A stretch of 63,559 nucleotides of DNA, counting the filler. It is 7 parts of 7 records of this genome, joined end to end, with 100 filler letters (N's around TTAATTAATTAA, not from the genome) between each part and the next. Parts side by side here need not be neighbours in the genome. Positions count along the whole stretch, not along the records: positions 14,175 to 29,716 come from SRR20825010_100; 6 more parts are not named here. One strand, given 5' to 3'. A program made the translations under genes and the position numbers. The notes under the pieces were generated by a model that worked only from the letters and a program-made list of their open reading frames with translations, did no database searches and was not told the DNA's origin. How positions within the stretch are numbered: position 1 is the stretch's first letter; each line of letters starts with the position of its first letter. Of this stretch, positions 19,827 through 29,389 are shown piece after piece.

Positions 19827-20944
19827 AGCCCTAAAAATTCATTGGAGTTGAAGCGAATATATCCCTCATTAGGGACGATGTGTTGCCCCATAATCTTTTG
19901 CCGTTGAGGCTCAAGTATAGGATTGAACTCAGCAATACATGAATCGGGGTGGGAACGTGCAGCCATAAAATGGAGAGAAGTCATGAGCGCTTTTCCATGA
20001 GGAGCCAAAATAAGGCCCTGACCGTATACAAGACTGGCAACTCTACTAAAGGCGCGTATGCCCCCACATTGCAGAAGATCAGGCTGTAATGCCACTAATC
20101 CCTTACTATCGTATATTGAAAAGAAGTCTTGAATCGAAGTAAAAGTTTCGCCAGTTGCAAGAGGGCAGAGCCCATCCATTTCTTTCAACAATTCCTCTGT
20201 GTTGACGTCTGGTACGGGCTGCTCCAGCCATGAAAGCGACATTGAGCCAAGCGCTTGTATAAAGGCCATCGTATAGTCAATATTCCACCTTTGCCGGACT
20301 TCTACAAATAGCCGTCCATTTATTCCCAACACTTCGTATAGTTGACGAATTCGTCTTATATTACGCCGCAGCCCTTCCTCACCATCCGCAGGGCCATCCT
20401 GAAGCGCCCATTTTTGACAACTAAACCCTTCACTTCGAGCCTGTTCGGCAATTTCGCTAGTTTTATCACCATCAACGTTCAAGGTTATAAAGCTGAGATA
20501 TGTGGGGATATTGGTAACCATCCGAGCGTTGAGATGACTTGCTAAGCTTTCGTCTTGCTCACGCAAAGTCGCATCCCAAGTCGCACACTCCTTGGCTGAC
20601 TCAAATTCCAACCGAAGATTGGCCGGCAAAGTTGTCAAAAGCGAAACGAATTGATCATTGGAGAGAGTTAGAATACATAGATCTCCGAAAATCCTAGCCG
20701 CCAATTTTCTATCAGCAACTGGTATTGGGCCATACCGCCCCGTCATGGAGCCGCTAAGCTGTACTTCAATAATGACCCAACTTATATCGGGTATAGGATT
20801 CGCTTGATCCAAAGCCATACTGATCAGCCCTGAGAAAGGAGATGCCCTCCAAAAATCAATTGCTAAATACACATCCCAACTAGCTTGACCTGCTAGTTGA
20901 AGCGTTACCTTCTCAATGGACACTGCCCCAACTGATTTTAGCAT
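19814..20944 (-). CDS. Enolase superfamily (mandelate racemase/MLE-like) enzyme
   Basis: WLEQP, ATGE, LQPD..CGG, LAPHG barrel motifs; start overlaps the stop of the radical SAM gene. Confidence 0.8.
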   Translation of the reverse strand: MLKSVGAVSIEKVTLQLAGQASWDVYLAIDFWRASPFSGLISMALDQANPIPDISWVIIEVQLSGSMTGRYGPIPVADRKLAARIFGDLCILTLSNDQFVSLLTTLPANLRLEFESAKECATWDATLREQDESLASHLNARMVTNIPTYLSFITLNVDGDKTSEIAEQARSEGFSCQKWALQDGPADGEEGLRRNIRRIRQLYEVLGINGRLFVEVRQRWNIDYTMAFIQALGSMSLSWLEQPVPDVNTEELLKEMDGLCPLATGETFTSIQDFFSIYDSKGLVALQPDLLQCGGIRAFSRVASLVYGQGLILAPHGKALMTSLHFMAARSHPDSCIAEFNPILEPQRQKIMGQHIVPNEGYIRFNSNEFLGLWQK

Positions 20945-22008
20945 CTGCTCTCGCTCAGCTGCTCGCCCGCAAATTCAAAATACCAAAGTGGACGGTAATT
21001 CTCCCAGCCCATCGGCCGCATAGCTGTCTGGGAAAATAATTTCTCCATTTGCAGTCGAAAATCTAGATAGAAAGTTAAACTCTCAGCACCATGCGCTTGA
21101 TATTGATCCATCAGTCCATTGTGTGGTTGATAGACCTGAAAGTTTGGGAAGCGCGTTAAATGAGGGACCAGTTTCTCAATCTGTTGACATGCAAGTTCTA
21201 ACTCATCAAGGCCTACAATATAGGTGAAATCTGTTTCACATCCGGACTTCTTAGCGGATTCTAGAAGTTTGGGCATCAAATCAACGGTCAAACTGCTCTT
21301 TGAGGAACGCAGGATTTTATTTCTATTGGAGAAGCACTCGACTGTAAGAATCAAATGAAACTTATTAATTTCTCGGATGAGTGTTTTAAATGCGCCTTCA
21401 GTCCTAAGCTCTGAACTTAGGAAACCTATTACCGGTTCAGAATGAAGTTCTTTAAGGGCGCTTCTGACCATTAATATATGATCTATCGTCTCTTCTTCAC
21501 TCGGGAAACATCCTGTCGATAAATTGACTTCGATTAGATGGGATAGATCTTTCTTACCTTGTGCCCGAGCCAAGGCTTTAAAACTCTGCACAAGATCATC
21601 AGTTTCACGGTGGGGAGGATCTGATGCGCCTTCTAAAGTGTTAGGACAAAAGACACATCCCGTGCAGTGGCTTCTGGAATTTGAATTGAGGGTCATTACT
21701 GTTCCCTGCCGCCTGAAATACCCAGTGATTGCATTATCGTCCCGGCATTCATAGATTTCTGCGACAACGTCACCTGATAGATACAACTTACCGGAATCGA
21801 TGTGGAAGGGCGATTGCCACCTATTAGTAGAAAGAATGAACCGAAATTCTATATCCGGTTTAGCATCCATGCGTAGGCGCAATCGCAATCGAGGGCTGTC
21901 AACTTTATTCCTAAGGCCACACGCATTGAGCGCAATTAGTATTATATCTTCAGAACATATATTTTTGCTGTCGCCTAAATATTGGGCATCCTGAATTGAG
22001 TCCAACAT
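20938..22008 (-). CDS. Putative radical SAM enzyme with shortened CxxCxxC motif
   Basis: SHCTGCVFCPN; downstream LTVECF, FTYIVGLD, WENYRPLWY; GGAGGG RBS before ATG 22008. Confidence 0.72.
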   Translation of the reverse strand: MLDSIQDAQYLGDSKNICSEDIILIALNACGLRNKVDSPRLRLRLRMDAKPDIEFRFILSTNRWQSPFHIDSGKLYLSGDVVAEIYECRDDNAITGYFRRQGTVMTLNSNSRSHCTGCVFCPNTLEGASDPPHRETDDLVQSFKALARAQGKKDLSHLIEVNLSTGCFPSEEETIDHILMVRSALKELHSEPVIGFLSSELRTEGAFKTLIREINKFHLILTVECFSNRNKILRSSKSSLTVDLMPKLLESAKKSGCETDFTYIVGLDELELACQQIEKLVPHLTRFPNFQVYQPHNGLMDQYQAHGAESLTFYLDFRLQMEKLFSQTAMRPMGWENYRPLWYFEFAGEQLSESRC

Positions 22009-22025
22009 GTTAAATTCCCCTCCAT

Positions 22026-22889
22026 TTAAGTCTGCATTTTTTCCTTTAACCAAGCTCTTTGCAAACCCACCGCAGAGTCCGATTCACGAAGGTGTTTTTT
22101 AACGATTGGTTTTCTTCGATATTTTTGGCCTTGTGTGCCTATGACCCTAGTAATTGCAAGCTCCACAGGGGAAAGCTGCGCCCTGCGTGAATCGAAATTG
22201 AATTTGCCATGTAAAGGTATGGATGGATTGGTTATCGCGCGCCAGTTTCCACTACAATTTCTATTTCGGGCGTGCAGTAAGAAGGGATGCAGCAAGAAAA
22301 CGTCGCCGGCTTCTCCTTCTATGTAAATTTTTTCAGAGTTCTCGCAAGAGTGCCCGTCAAAAAAGTTATGCGCTATGCCTTCAGGATGATTACACAGTAC
22401 AGAAGCTACTTGTTTGATAGAATTAATTTGTATTGCTGTGCCCCCACTCTCCTGGGTGCAGGCTGTCCACAAAACAACACACACTAGGTTCACGCTCGCC
22501 CCATCAAGGTAGTGTTGTTGAAAGCCATCAATATGCCAGTTGGCTAAGCTGTTTTTTGTTTGATGAGGCGGTGCGACAACAAACCCATCACCCCATTCCA
22601 TTTCCTCTTCAGAAATGTTTCGGTTCACCAGTGTTTCTATTGCTGAGACAAGATTCGGTGCCTCCTCCTTAATTGAGAAGGAGTGCCGCCTTGGGAAATG
22701 AAGGTGTGATGTTTTTAGTTCTTGTTCAAGTTCGCTTCTATTTTCCAAAATCCACTTTCTAGTTGGCTTCCACCAATTTCGTGAAAATTCTGGTTCGAAT
22801 GCCTTTCTGACAGCCAAAAAACCGTTCTCAATGAAAAACGAAACTTCATTTTCAGACAGTTCCTTCGATGCAAGACTAGCTTCTAACAT
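22026..22889 (-). CDS. Phytanoyl-CoA dioxygenase (PhyH)-like Fe(II)/2OG oxygenase
   Basis: FIENGFLAVRKAF, WHIDG (HxD), GGT, GEAGDVFLLHPFLLH; ATG 22889 overlaps the upstream stop. Confidence 0.85.
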   Translation of the reverse strand: MLEASLASKELSENEVSFFIENGFLAVRKAFEPEFSRNWWKPTRKWILENRSELEQELKTSHLHFPRRHSFSIKEEAPNLVSAIETLVNRNISEEEMEWGDGFVVAPPHQTKNSLANWHIDGFQQHYLDGASVNLVCVVLWTACTQESGGTAIQINSIKQVASVLCNHPEGIAHNFFDGHSCENSEKIYIEGEAGDVFLLHPFLLHARNRNCSGNWRAITNPSIPLHGKFNFDSRRAQLSPVELAITRVIGTQGQKYRRKPIVKKHLRESDSAVGLQRAWLKEKMQT

Positions 22890-23685
22890 AGCCAGACTGC
22901 ATGGAATAAACGGCTTTTTCGAGAAACTTTGTCTGCTTATTCGGTTCACCCAATTCAGTCCACAAAGCTTCTTCAAAGTCGGAGACGCGGTTACCATATA
23001 GATGTTTCGCAGAGAATGATGTTGAGTAAAGACACCCTAAAATATCTTGGAACGACCAGGACCTTTCGACAGCGACTTCAGATTGCTCGACTTGCTCATA
23101 CCCATGCCTTAGCAGCATGTCGCTATATGGTTCCTTCGACGTTGAAAAATAGGCAGTTCCGGCTCTACGCTTCTCACCCAAAAATCGTTTAATGACCACT
23201 TTGATGGCTTTTTGCCAAGACTCTGACCCGGTCCAAAAACTGCCGTCACCAATTATGGCTATACCACCGCCTTCTCTTAGAAATCGGCGACCATTAACTA
23301 GAATTTTGTCTTGGTCCATCCAGTGAAATGCGCGGCTTATGGTTATCAAATCGACCGACTGAGGTTCAACTAGGACATCCTCGGCCTTAGCATTCAACCA
23401 AGAGACATTATTGACTGGATTAGGCCAGAGACTGCGCGCTTTTTCTGCCTCGCTAATCATCAACGGGTCAACATCAACACCGAGCACTTCTTTAACCTGC
23501 GCACTGATTGCTAGTGTGAGCTGCCCTGTGCCACAACCTAAATCCAGAACAACGCTGGTTTGGGGCACCAATTTAAACCGGGTCGATAGATACTCTATCA
23601 CTTCTGTTGGTATGTAAGGTCGATATTGCCGGTAGTGATGAGCGGTACCTGCAAAGAGCTCTCCATTCTTGTTTTCGGCAGTCAT
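22876..23685 (-). CDS. Class I SAM-dependent methyltransferase
   Basis: YRQYRP, VLDLGCGTG, GVD, AFHWMD. Confidence 0.92.
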   Translation of the reverse strand: MTAENKNGELFAGTAHHYRQYRPYIPTEVIEYLSTRFKLVPQTSVVLDLGCGTGQLTLAISAQVKEVLGVDVDPLMISEAEKARSLWPNPVNNVSWLNAKAEDVLVEPQSVDLITISRAFHWMDQDKILVNGRRFLREGGGIAIIGDGSFWTGSESWQKAIKVVIKRFLGEKRRAGTAYFSTSKEPYSDMLLRHGYEQVEQSEVAVERSWSFQDILGCLYSTSFSAKHLYGNRVSDFEEALWTELGEPNKQTKFLEKAVYSMQSGYVRS

Positions 23686-23717
23686 GTTAATTGTATGTTT
23701 CCTTTCCTGAGAATTGC

Positions 23718-25811
23718 TTAAAATAACTGCAAAACATGCTCAGAAATTGCAATATATCCAGCAGAATTTTCATCATATCGCCGTTGGCCGGCCAACCCCC
23801 GAGCACGTCCAACAAACCCCAGGATGTTGTGTCTTGAATGATCCGTGTCCCATAAAAGTGTCTTAATTGTACTAGTGTACCCTAAATACGCCCAAGTGCA
23901 ACCTGAGTGGCTATTTATACAATTAATAAAGGAGCGACACTCTGGGTCTTCCGGCCGTTCTAATAAGGTTAATTCATTTAATGCATAGAGCGTGATTTCC
24001 AGCGTTGGTGCTTTCTTCTTCAAATATTTGATTGCCAAAAGGCATTGATCAAGCATGTTATTGCCAATTGCAACCAGAGCCTGCGATGCTGCCCCCCCAC
24101 GCCTTACCTCTGTCCATAACTTGACACCATTGCTTAGCGGCAGCGAACGAAGTGGCTCTCGTGGAGCATTTTTTCCCATAACGACAACGTTTAAATGCGA
24201 TTGATCTGCTAGGCAGCTACTAATAATGTCTACAGCATCACGACTACCTGATGGCGTATATACTCGAAGCTGCTCGTGGCCTCGTGCTATCAAACTATCC
24301 ACAAATCCAGGGTTTTGGTGACTGGGGCAATTTTCCCACCCAAGACTGGTAAGCAAAAGCAGGGCGCTTGGATATTTCGTTTTCCCGTTGCAATGGGCCC
24401 GCCGTCCCAAAAAACGTAAATGTTGCATGGCGGCGCTATCACATAATGTTGCAAAAGCTTCATATGTCAAAAAGATGCCTCGTTTTCCCGAGGCTGAGTA
24501 CCCCAGAAGCCAAGAAAAACACAGTTGTTCATTCAATACTTCAAATATTTTTCCTGCAGGAGAGAAGCCATCGCTCCCGCCTTGAGGAGAATTTTGGTGC
24601 CGCAAATGTGTATGTTCTAAAAGTGAACCAAATCGATTTGATTCCAACTCATCTGGACTAAAGAAGATGAGATCGGATGTGTCTTTGTCCTTTATTGCTT
24701 TAACAAAAAAACTAGCGACATCCTGAATGAGTGAACTATTTGAAAGAGGATAAGTATATGATTTTAATTTTTTGTTGTTATTGATGCTGTTTTTTTCCGT
24801 CCCTAAACGCAATTCTAAAGGAGGCAATATCGATAGGGCTTGAGATACAAGTTTCCCGTCAACATCAAATAATGTTGATGGGTTGTATGAAAGTAGCCAT
24901 GATTCAACAGCCTTGGCTTCATCATCTGAATTGGCAGGATTTCTCAAAATTGGTTTGTGGCTCTTAGCTGACCCTACAAATTTCTCATCTTTAAAGTAGG
25001 TGGGCCCAGTCCATCCTTTTTCAGTAGTAAAAATTATGATCGGTTGCTGGAAATGTTTGGTATCAAGGCATAATTGTTCAAACGATTTTTGCGTTGCCAA
25101 GGCTAGCGTCTCGTGGTCATGAGCCCAGTAAACTTGAAGGTTGTATGCATTAAAATAATCACTGACCCTTTTTCTCGACCACATGGAAAACAATGAACGA
25201 CTGCCCATTCGAAAGTGATTTGCATTGACAATTGGCAGGACTGCTCCATCGATGTCTCTGGATAAAAACTCAAACCCTTGCCACGCTGACTGAGTGAGCG
25301 CGGTTTCCAATTCACCGTCACCTAATATGCAGACCGTTATAGTTCCAGCATTATTAATTGCGTAGCCTTGAGAAAAAGCAAGCGCGCCGCCCAATTCACC
25401 GCCACAGTAGTCAGTATTCGGATATTCTGGCGCTATCTCAGTATCAATCCCGTAGCTGGCCCCAAAGTCTCTAGTAAGGTTTGTTAAGCCCTGCATGTTT
25501 TGGGGATATCTTTTGTCAATTTGGAGGAAAGAACCCTCTAAAAACATTGACGCAGCTAATGCAGGGCCAGCATGCCCTGTGCCTACCACAAGTTTGGTGG
25601 GCACGTTATGATAACTAACTTGTGCGCATACATGCGCGTAAATGGCATTAATACCTGGAACACAGCCCCAATGACCAAAAACAGTGTCTTTAAAGTCCTT
25701 TTTTTCTAGGCCGCGCTGAAGAAGAACATTATCTTTGAGGTAAAGAAGAACACAGCTCACATAATTAGCGGCACGCCAGAACTGAACAATATTTGCAATT
25801 GGAACGCTCAT
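23718..25811 (-). CDS. Divergent phosphoketolase (XFP family, ThDP-dependent)
   Basis: WRAANY, GHWG, GTGHAG, GGELG, GDGE, FSPDELESNR, EVLNEQ, TYEAF, SHQNPG; 697 aa. Confidence 0.88.
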   Translation of the reverse strand: MSVPIANIVQFWRAANYVSCVLLYLKDNVLLQRGLEKKDFKDTVFGHWGCVPGINAIYAHVCAQVSYHNVPTKLVVGTGHAGPALAASMFLEGSFLQIDKRYPQNMQGLTNLTRDFGASYGIDTEIAPEYPNTDYCGGELGGALAFSQGYAINNAGTITVCILGDGELETALTQSAWQGFEFLSRDIDGAVLPIVNANHFRMGSRSLFSMWSRKRVSDYFNAYNLQVYWAHDHETLALATQKSFEQLCLDTKHFQQPIIIFTTEKGWTGPTYFKDEKFVGSAKSHKPILRNPANSDDEAKAVESWLLSYNPSTLFDVDGKLVSQALSILPPLELRLGTEKNSINNNKKLKSYTYPLSNSSLIQDVASFFVKAIKDKDTSDLIFFSPDELESNRFGSLLEHTHLRHQNSPQGGSDGFSPAGKIFEVLNEQLCFSWLLGYSASGKRGIFLTYEAFATLCDSAAMQHLRFLGRRAHCNGKTKYPSALLLLTSLGWENCPSHQNPGFVDSLIARGHEQLRVYTPSGSRDAVDIISSCLADQSHLNVVVMGKNAPREPLRSLPLSNGVKLWTEVRRGGAASQALVAIGNNMLDQCLLAIKYLKKKAPTLEITLYALNELTLLERPEDPECRSFINCINSHSGCTWAYLGYTSTIKTLLWDTDHSRHNILGFVGRARGLAGQRRYDENSAGYIAISEHVLQLF

Positions 25812-25816
25812 GAATT

Positions 25817-26260
25817 CTACCTTTTCTGCTGCTGGTAAGGCGTATTTTGTTGCTTGCGGCAGGAATTGAGAATTGTTTCAATGCGTGCGGACCTTATCGC
25901 CGCGGTCGAGGCTTCTCTGAGGAAAAGAAGAGCCTGCCTACGCTCCAGCGGACTCAAACAGTCGAAAGTCAGGCCGGCGAACGATAAAGCCTCTTGCAAA
26001 TCTCTCGGCGCTTTAAGGTTTTGGATAAATTTTTTAACCAGCAATTTACCCTTAATCGTCTCGTCTACTTTACACTCAAATTCTGAGGGAATAAAAACTA
26101 TAAGTATAGAGGAAACATCGACAATTTTAGTGGCAAAAACTTCGCCATTGACCTCGATTTTTGGGGACATCATGCTTCCCGGGAAATATTCTGGGCGGGG
26201 TAGCTCAATATACTTGTCATTCCCTTCCTCTAACACCTTTGTTTCAAATTCGAGCTTCAT
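25817..26260 (-). CDS. DUF1905 / YdeI-OmpD-associated (bacteriocin-protection-like) protein
   Basis: C-terminal PRDLQEAL...FDCLSPLERRQAL...EAST...RSARIE pattern; beta-rich N-terminus. Confidence 0.6.
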   Translation of the reverse strand: MKLEFETKVLEEGNDKYIELPRPEYFPGSMMSPKIEVNGEVFATKIVDVSSILIVFIPSEFECKVDETIKGKLLVKKFIQNLKAPRDLQEALSFAGLTFDCLSPLERRQALLFLREASTAAIRSARIETILNSCRKQQNTPYQQQKR

Positions 26261-27063
26261 CTGTTAGCCCTTGTAGTTGCAGTAATAGTCCGTAGTTTAG
26301 CCTTCTCGATAAAGCCTTTTCGGCTTCGATCTGCGGTGGCCAGAGCATCTCTGATCAAAGAAATTATTTGAGGTTGGAAATCCTCAACTATCCGCGGGGA
26401 ACAAATGTCTGTTGCAAATATCTGACCTATAATTTGTTCTTCTTGCCAACATCGTGTCAGAGAAATTTCTATTTTTTCCAAAACCCTAAATCCAGCTATA
26501 GACAAGCTTTCTTCAAAGGTCTCGACGGCCTGAATTCGAGTATTATCAGTCTCTGCGACAAGACCTTGTTGTACTAACCAGCCCCTAACGATGTCCTTTA
26601 TCGAATAGTTTCCATAGACCAGAGGCCCAGTCCCCAAGGGGCTATCACCCAAAATAGCTAAAACCCCGCCATCAATCAGAAACCGGCGAAGCATATTTAA
26701 GGTGTCTGCAGTCGGAAATAAATGAAATGACCTACCAATAACAGCCAATGTATAAGAACCTAGGACAAGGGGGAGTTCATTGAGATTTTCCGCCCTGCCG
26801 TGTTGCCAAATGATGTTGGCGTGAGATGCATGATGAGCGCCTTTTGCAGCCGTAATCATCGCAAGATCACTATCAATGCCTGTGACTTCTCGGGCATGTG
26901 GCGCGATCAGAGTTGTTAATTGGCCAGTTCCGCACCCGATGTCGAGAACCTTGGCCTCAGGAGTAAGGTTCGCATATTTTTTTAAATGCGGAATCAAGGC
27001 CGAAGGATAGCCCGGCCGAAATGCAAGGTCATATTCTGCTCGGCAAAAGGGATGCGGTTTCAA
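26257..27063 (-). CDS. Class I SAM-dependent methyltransferase (paralog of 22876..23685)
   Basis: FRPGYP, VLDIGCGTG, GID, GRSFH. Confidence 0.9.
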   Translation of the reverse strand: MKPHPFCRAEYDLAFRPGYPSALIPHLKKYANLTPEAKVLDIGCGTGQLTTLIAPHAREVTGIDSDLAMITAAKGAHHASHANIIWQHGRAENLNELPLVLGSYTLAVIGRSFHLFPTADTLNMLRRFLIDGGVLAILGDSPLGTGPLVYGNYSIKDIVRGWLVQQGLVAETDNTRIQAVETFEESLSIAGFRVLEKIEISLTRCWQEEQIIGQIFATDICSPRIVEDFQPQIISLIRDALATADRSRKGFIEKAKLRTITATTRANR

Positions 27064-27536
27064 ATTACCCCCCGATCGTGGAAGAGTACCGCAAATTCCT
27101 TACGAGCTTTTGAGCAAAACGCCTCAACTTCCCTTATGTCATGGGGGACGCGTGCTTTGAAAAGATCACTTTGAAAAAAAGGGCCGGGCCGTTTGTGGCG
27201 GATTTTTGAATGGTTGAAAACGGGTTGAATGATGAAGTGAATATGAGCACTCTGCCAGTTTGTATGAGCCCACAAACCCGCATATATCTGGTCACAATGC
27301 GTGAGATTGCGCACCACTTTTCCAGTTCCCGTGATAATTGGGCCAAGTTCTTTGGACTCTTCTACAGTTAAAGCGTCAATGCCAGTACAATGTCGCCACG
27401 GCTTCACAAGCATAGTCCCAATCCCAAGTGGCGCAAGTTCATGCTCAATTAGCCAATGCTCTGAGGCAAAAATGGTTCCTCCAGGTATACTTATTTCACG
27501 GCCTGAAATTTTACAGGCGTGGCATTCCTTGTTCAT
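27060..27536 (-). CDS. HIT-family nucleotide hydrolase-like protein
   Basis: N-terminal CHAC, GTMLVKPWRH, HIHFIIQP (variant triad); start at ATG 27536 after GGGGG. Confidence 0.78.
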   Translation of the reverse strand: MNKECHACKISGREISIPGGTIFASEHWLIEHELAPLGIGTMLVKPWRHCTGIDALTVEESKELGPIITGTGKVVRNLTHCDQIYAGLWAHTNWQSAHIHFIIQPVFNHSKIRHKRPGPFFQSDLFKARVPHDIREVEAFCSKARKEFAVLFHDRGVI

Positions 27537-27619
27537 AAGATTACCCCCCGACAACATCATGACTAAGATTCTAAAAATCAGCCCGCGATATGAACCCGGC
27601 ATTCCTACCTTGCGATAGG

Positions 27620-28963
27620 TTAGAGCAAGGTGACGCTCGCATTCAGTTTTCCATTTTTCGTGTAGATGAAATCTTCAGATATGACCCGCCCATTAAGACA
27701 ATGTCCTGTTGACTTGATAAATTTGGCCATATTTTCTTGTACTTTCATCATAGTTTTCTCATCACACTCTGGCCCTAGATTAATGTCGAAATAACCTTTT
27801 TTCCGCTGTACAACCTGAAAAGGAAAAACACCTAAATACTTCAAAATGTCAGTTATTTTCGCTGGACCAACTAACTCGTTCTGTTGACCAATAAAAGAAA
27901 CTGCGTACCGCCCTTCCAAAGCTGTAATAACTTTGCCCGATCTGCCACAGGCACAGTCAATACTCTCAATGCTACCTATATCTCCGGTATCAAATCGGAT
28001 TATTGGCATTAGGTTTGACTTCATCGAAGTGACAACAAGGCGACCTAGTTGACCATCTGGTAGTATTCCGCCGGAATTCATGTCTAGAACTTCTACAAAG
28101 GCTAAATCTTCTTCAATATGCATATTGCCCACTTTCGGGCATTGCCAAGCAACGAAACCAACCTCACTGCTGCCATATAAATCAATCACAGGGCAGTGAA
28201 AATAAGCCTCCAAGCTCTCTCGGACACCGGTATGCATCTGTTCAAAAGTCGAAACGATTGCCGTAAATTTCGGCCTTAGCCCGCGGCTCGCGCAAAAGCT
28301 CAAAAGACCTAGAAAGCGAGACGGAGCCCCAAAAGCATACCCGATATCTCGCTTCACTGTTTCCTCATACTCCAAAACAATATCTTTATTGGAGCTTGTG
28401 TATCTTCGTAAACGCCAAATCAAATGTTCGTCGGGCGCTGGCTCTACTGAAAGCAATGGTTCCGCTATCTGACCTTCGACATTTTCATACCTGGGTGAAA
28501 GGTCTATAACTTCACAATCAGCTCTCATCCCAAAATCGTTTTCTAACCGCCTTCGAAGCCCTTCATTAAAGACATATTCATCATTTAGAGATTTGATATG
28601 GGGTGTTGGTTGGCCAAGGCTGCCGCTCGAATGAGTGACTACGATCTGACCCGGGTTGTAATGTGATGAAACGAAATCGCCTAAATTGCTTAACAATACT
28701 TCATTGTTTATTACCGGGAAATCAGAGAGCCGCAACTGACCGCCTCGCTTTTGAACCAACTTTCTTAAGCTTTGTTTGTAAAATCCAACTGAACCAAATG
28801 CATGGGCCAGAGTTGCAAAGAGGTTTTCTAACCCTTTATCTGCTATCTTCTCAGGCCTGAACCCCACGCCCTGAATAGATAGAAAACGTTCCTTCCATTC
28901 AGGGGTGTCAAATTCTGATCGAAAATGTTCGCGCACTTGAAATATCGTTGCAGAATCAAGCAA
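27620..28963 (-). CDS. Phenylacetate-CoA ligase (PaaK/CapK)-like adenylate-forming enzyme
   Basis: HSSGSLGQP P-loop, DLYGSSEVG, FVEVLD, GRLVVT, PIIRFDTGD, EGR. Confidence 0.85.
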   Translation of the reverse strand: MLDSATIFQVREHFRSEFDTPEWKERFLSIQGVGFRPEKIADKGLENLFATLAHAFGSVGFYKQSLRKLVQKRGGQLRLSDFPVINNEVLLSNLGDFVSSHYNPGQIVVTHSSGSLGQPTPHIKSLNDEYVFNEGLRRRLENDFGMRADCEVIDLSPRYENVEGQIAEPLLSVEPAPDEHLIWRLRRYTSSNKDIVLEYEETVKRDIGYAFGAPSRFLGLLSFCASRGLRPKFTAIVSTFEQMHTGVRESLEAYFHCPVIDLYGSSEVGFVAWQCPKVGNMHIEEDLAFVEVLDMNSGGILPDGQLGRLVVTSMKSNLMPIIRFDTGDIGSIESIDCACGRSGKVITALEGRYAVSFIGQQNELVGPAKITDILKYLGVFPFQVVQRKKGYFDINLGPECDEKTMMKVQENMAKFIKSTGHCLNGRVISEDFIYTKNGKLNASVTLL

Positions 28964-28972
28964 TAAATTTAC

Positions 28973-29389
28973 TCAAGCAACAGTTATTGGCCTATGTTCA
29001 ATATATCCGAGAAACGCACGGCCGCCTGTCGTGCGAATATCAGGTGTTAGGATCACATCAACTAAGCTAGGCTTTTTCCAGCCCTCAGATGGCCGAACAG
29101 AGATTTCGTTTGTAGCGGAGATGTCAAAATCGACATCTACAAACTGGTTATCAACACGAATCAAAACACTATCAGCGGTCACGCTTGCAGGATCGATTGT
29201 ACCGTCCAGCTCAAAGGTCATGTATCTTGCACCAGACTTTGGCTTTGGCCCGGGAGCGGGAAACTGTATCTTGGGGATATCTTTTTCATAATCGAAGCCC
29301 CAGTCCATGGCCCTCAAAAGCCCATGGCCGTGTAACGTACCTACTTCAAGAATTCTCGCGGCAACGTCATTTTTGCTCATTTTCGCCAT
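28973..29389 (-). CDS. 138-aa protein with C-terminal bacterial Ig-like (Big_5/SbsA-type) domain, no signal peptide
   Basis: TFELDGTIDPASVTADSV...ISVRPSEGW...VILTPDIRTTGGRA resembles the Big_5 pattern; first gene of the operon. Confidence 0.55.
   Translation of the reverse strand: MAKMSKNDVAARILEVGTLHGHGLLRAMDWGFDYEKDIPKIQFPAPGPKPKSGARYMTFELDGTIDPASVTADSVLIRVDNQFVDVDFDISATNEISVRPSEGWKKPSLVDVILTPDIRTTGGRAFLGYIEHRPITVA

Noticed and set aside
17148-22008. Mycofactocin cluster (creatininase plus radical SAM)
   Set aside because: No MftA-like precursor ending in IDGxCGVY, no MftB/MftD/MftF, and no SPASM domain.
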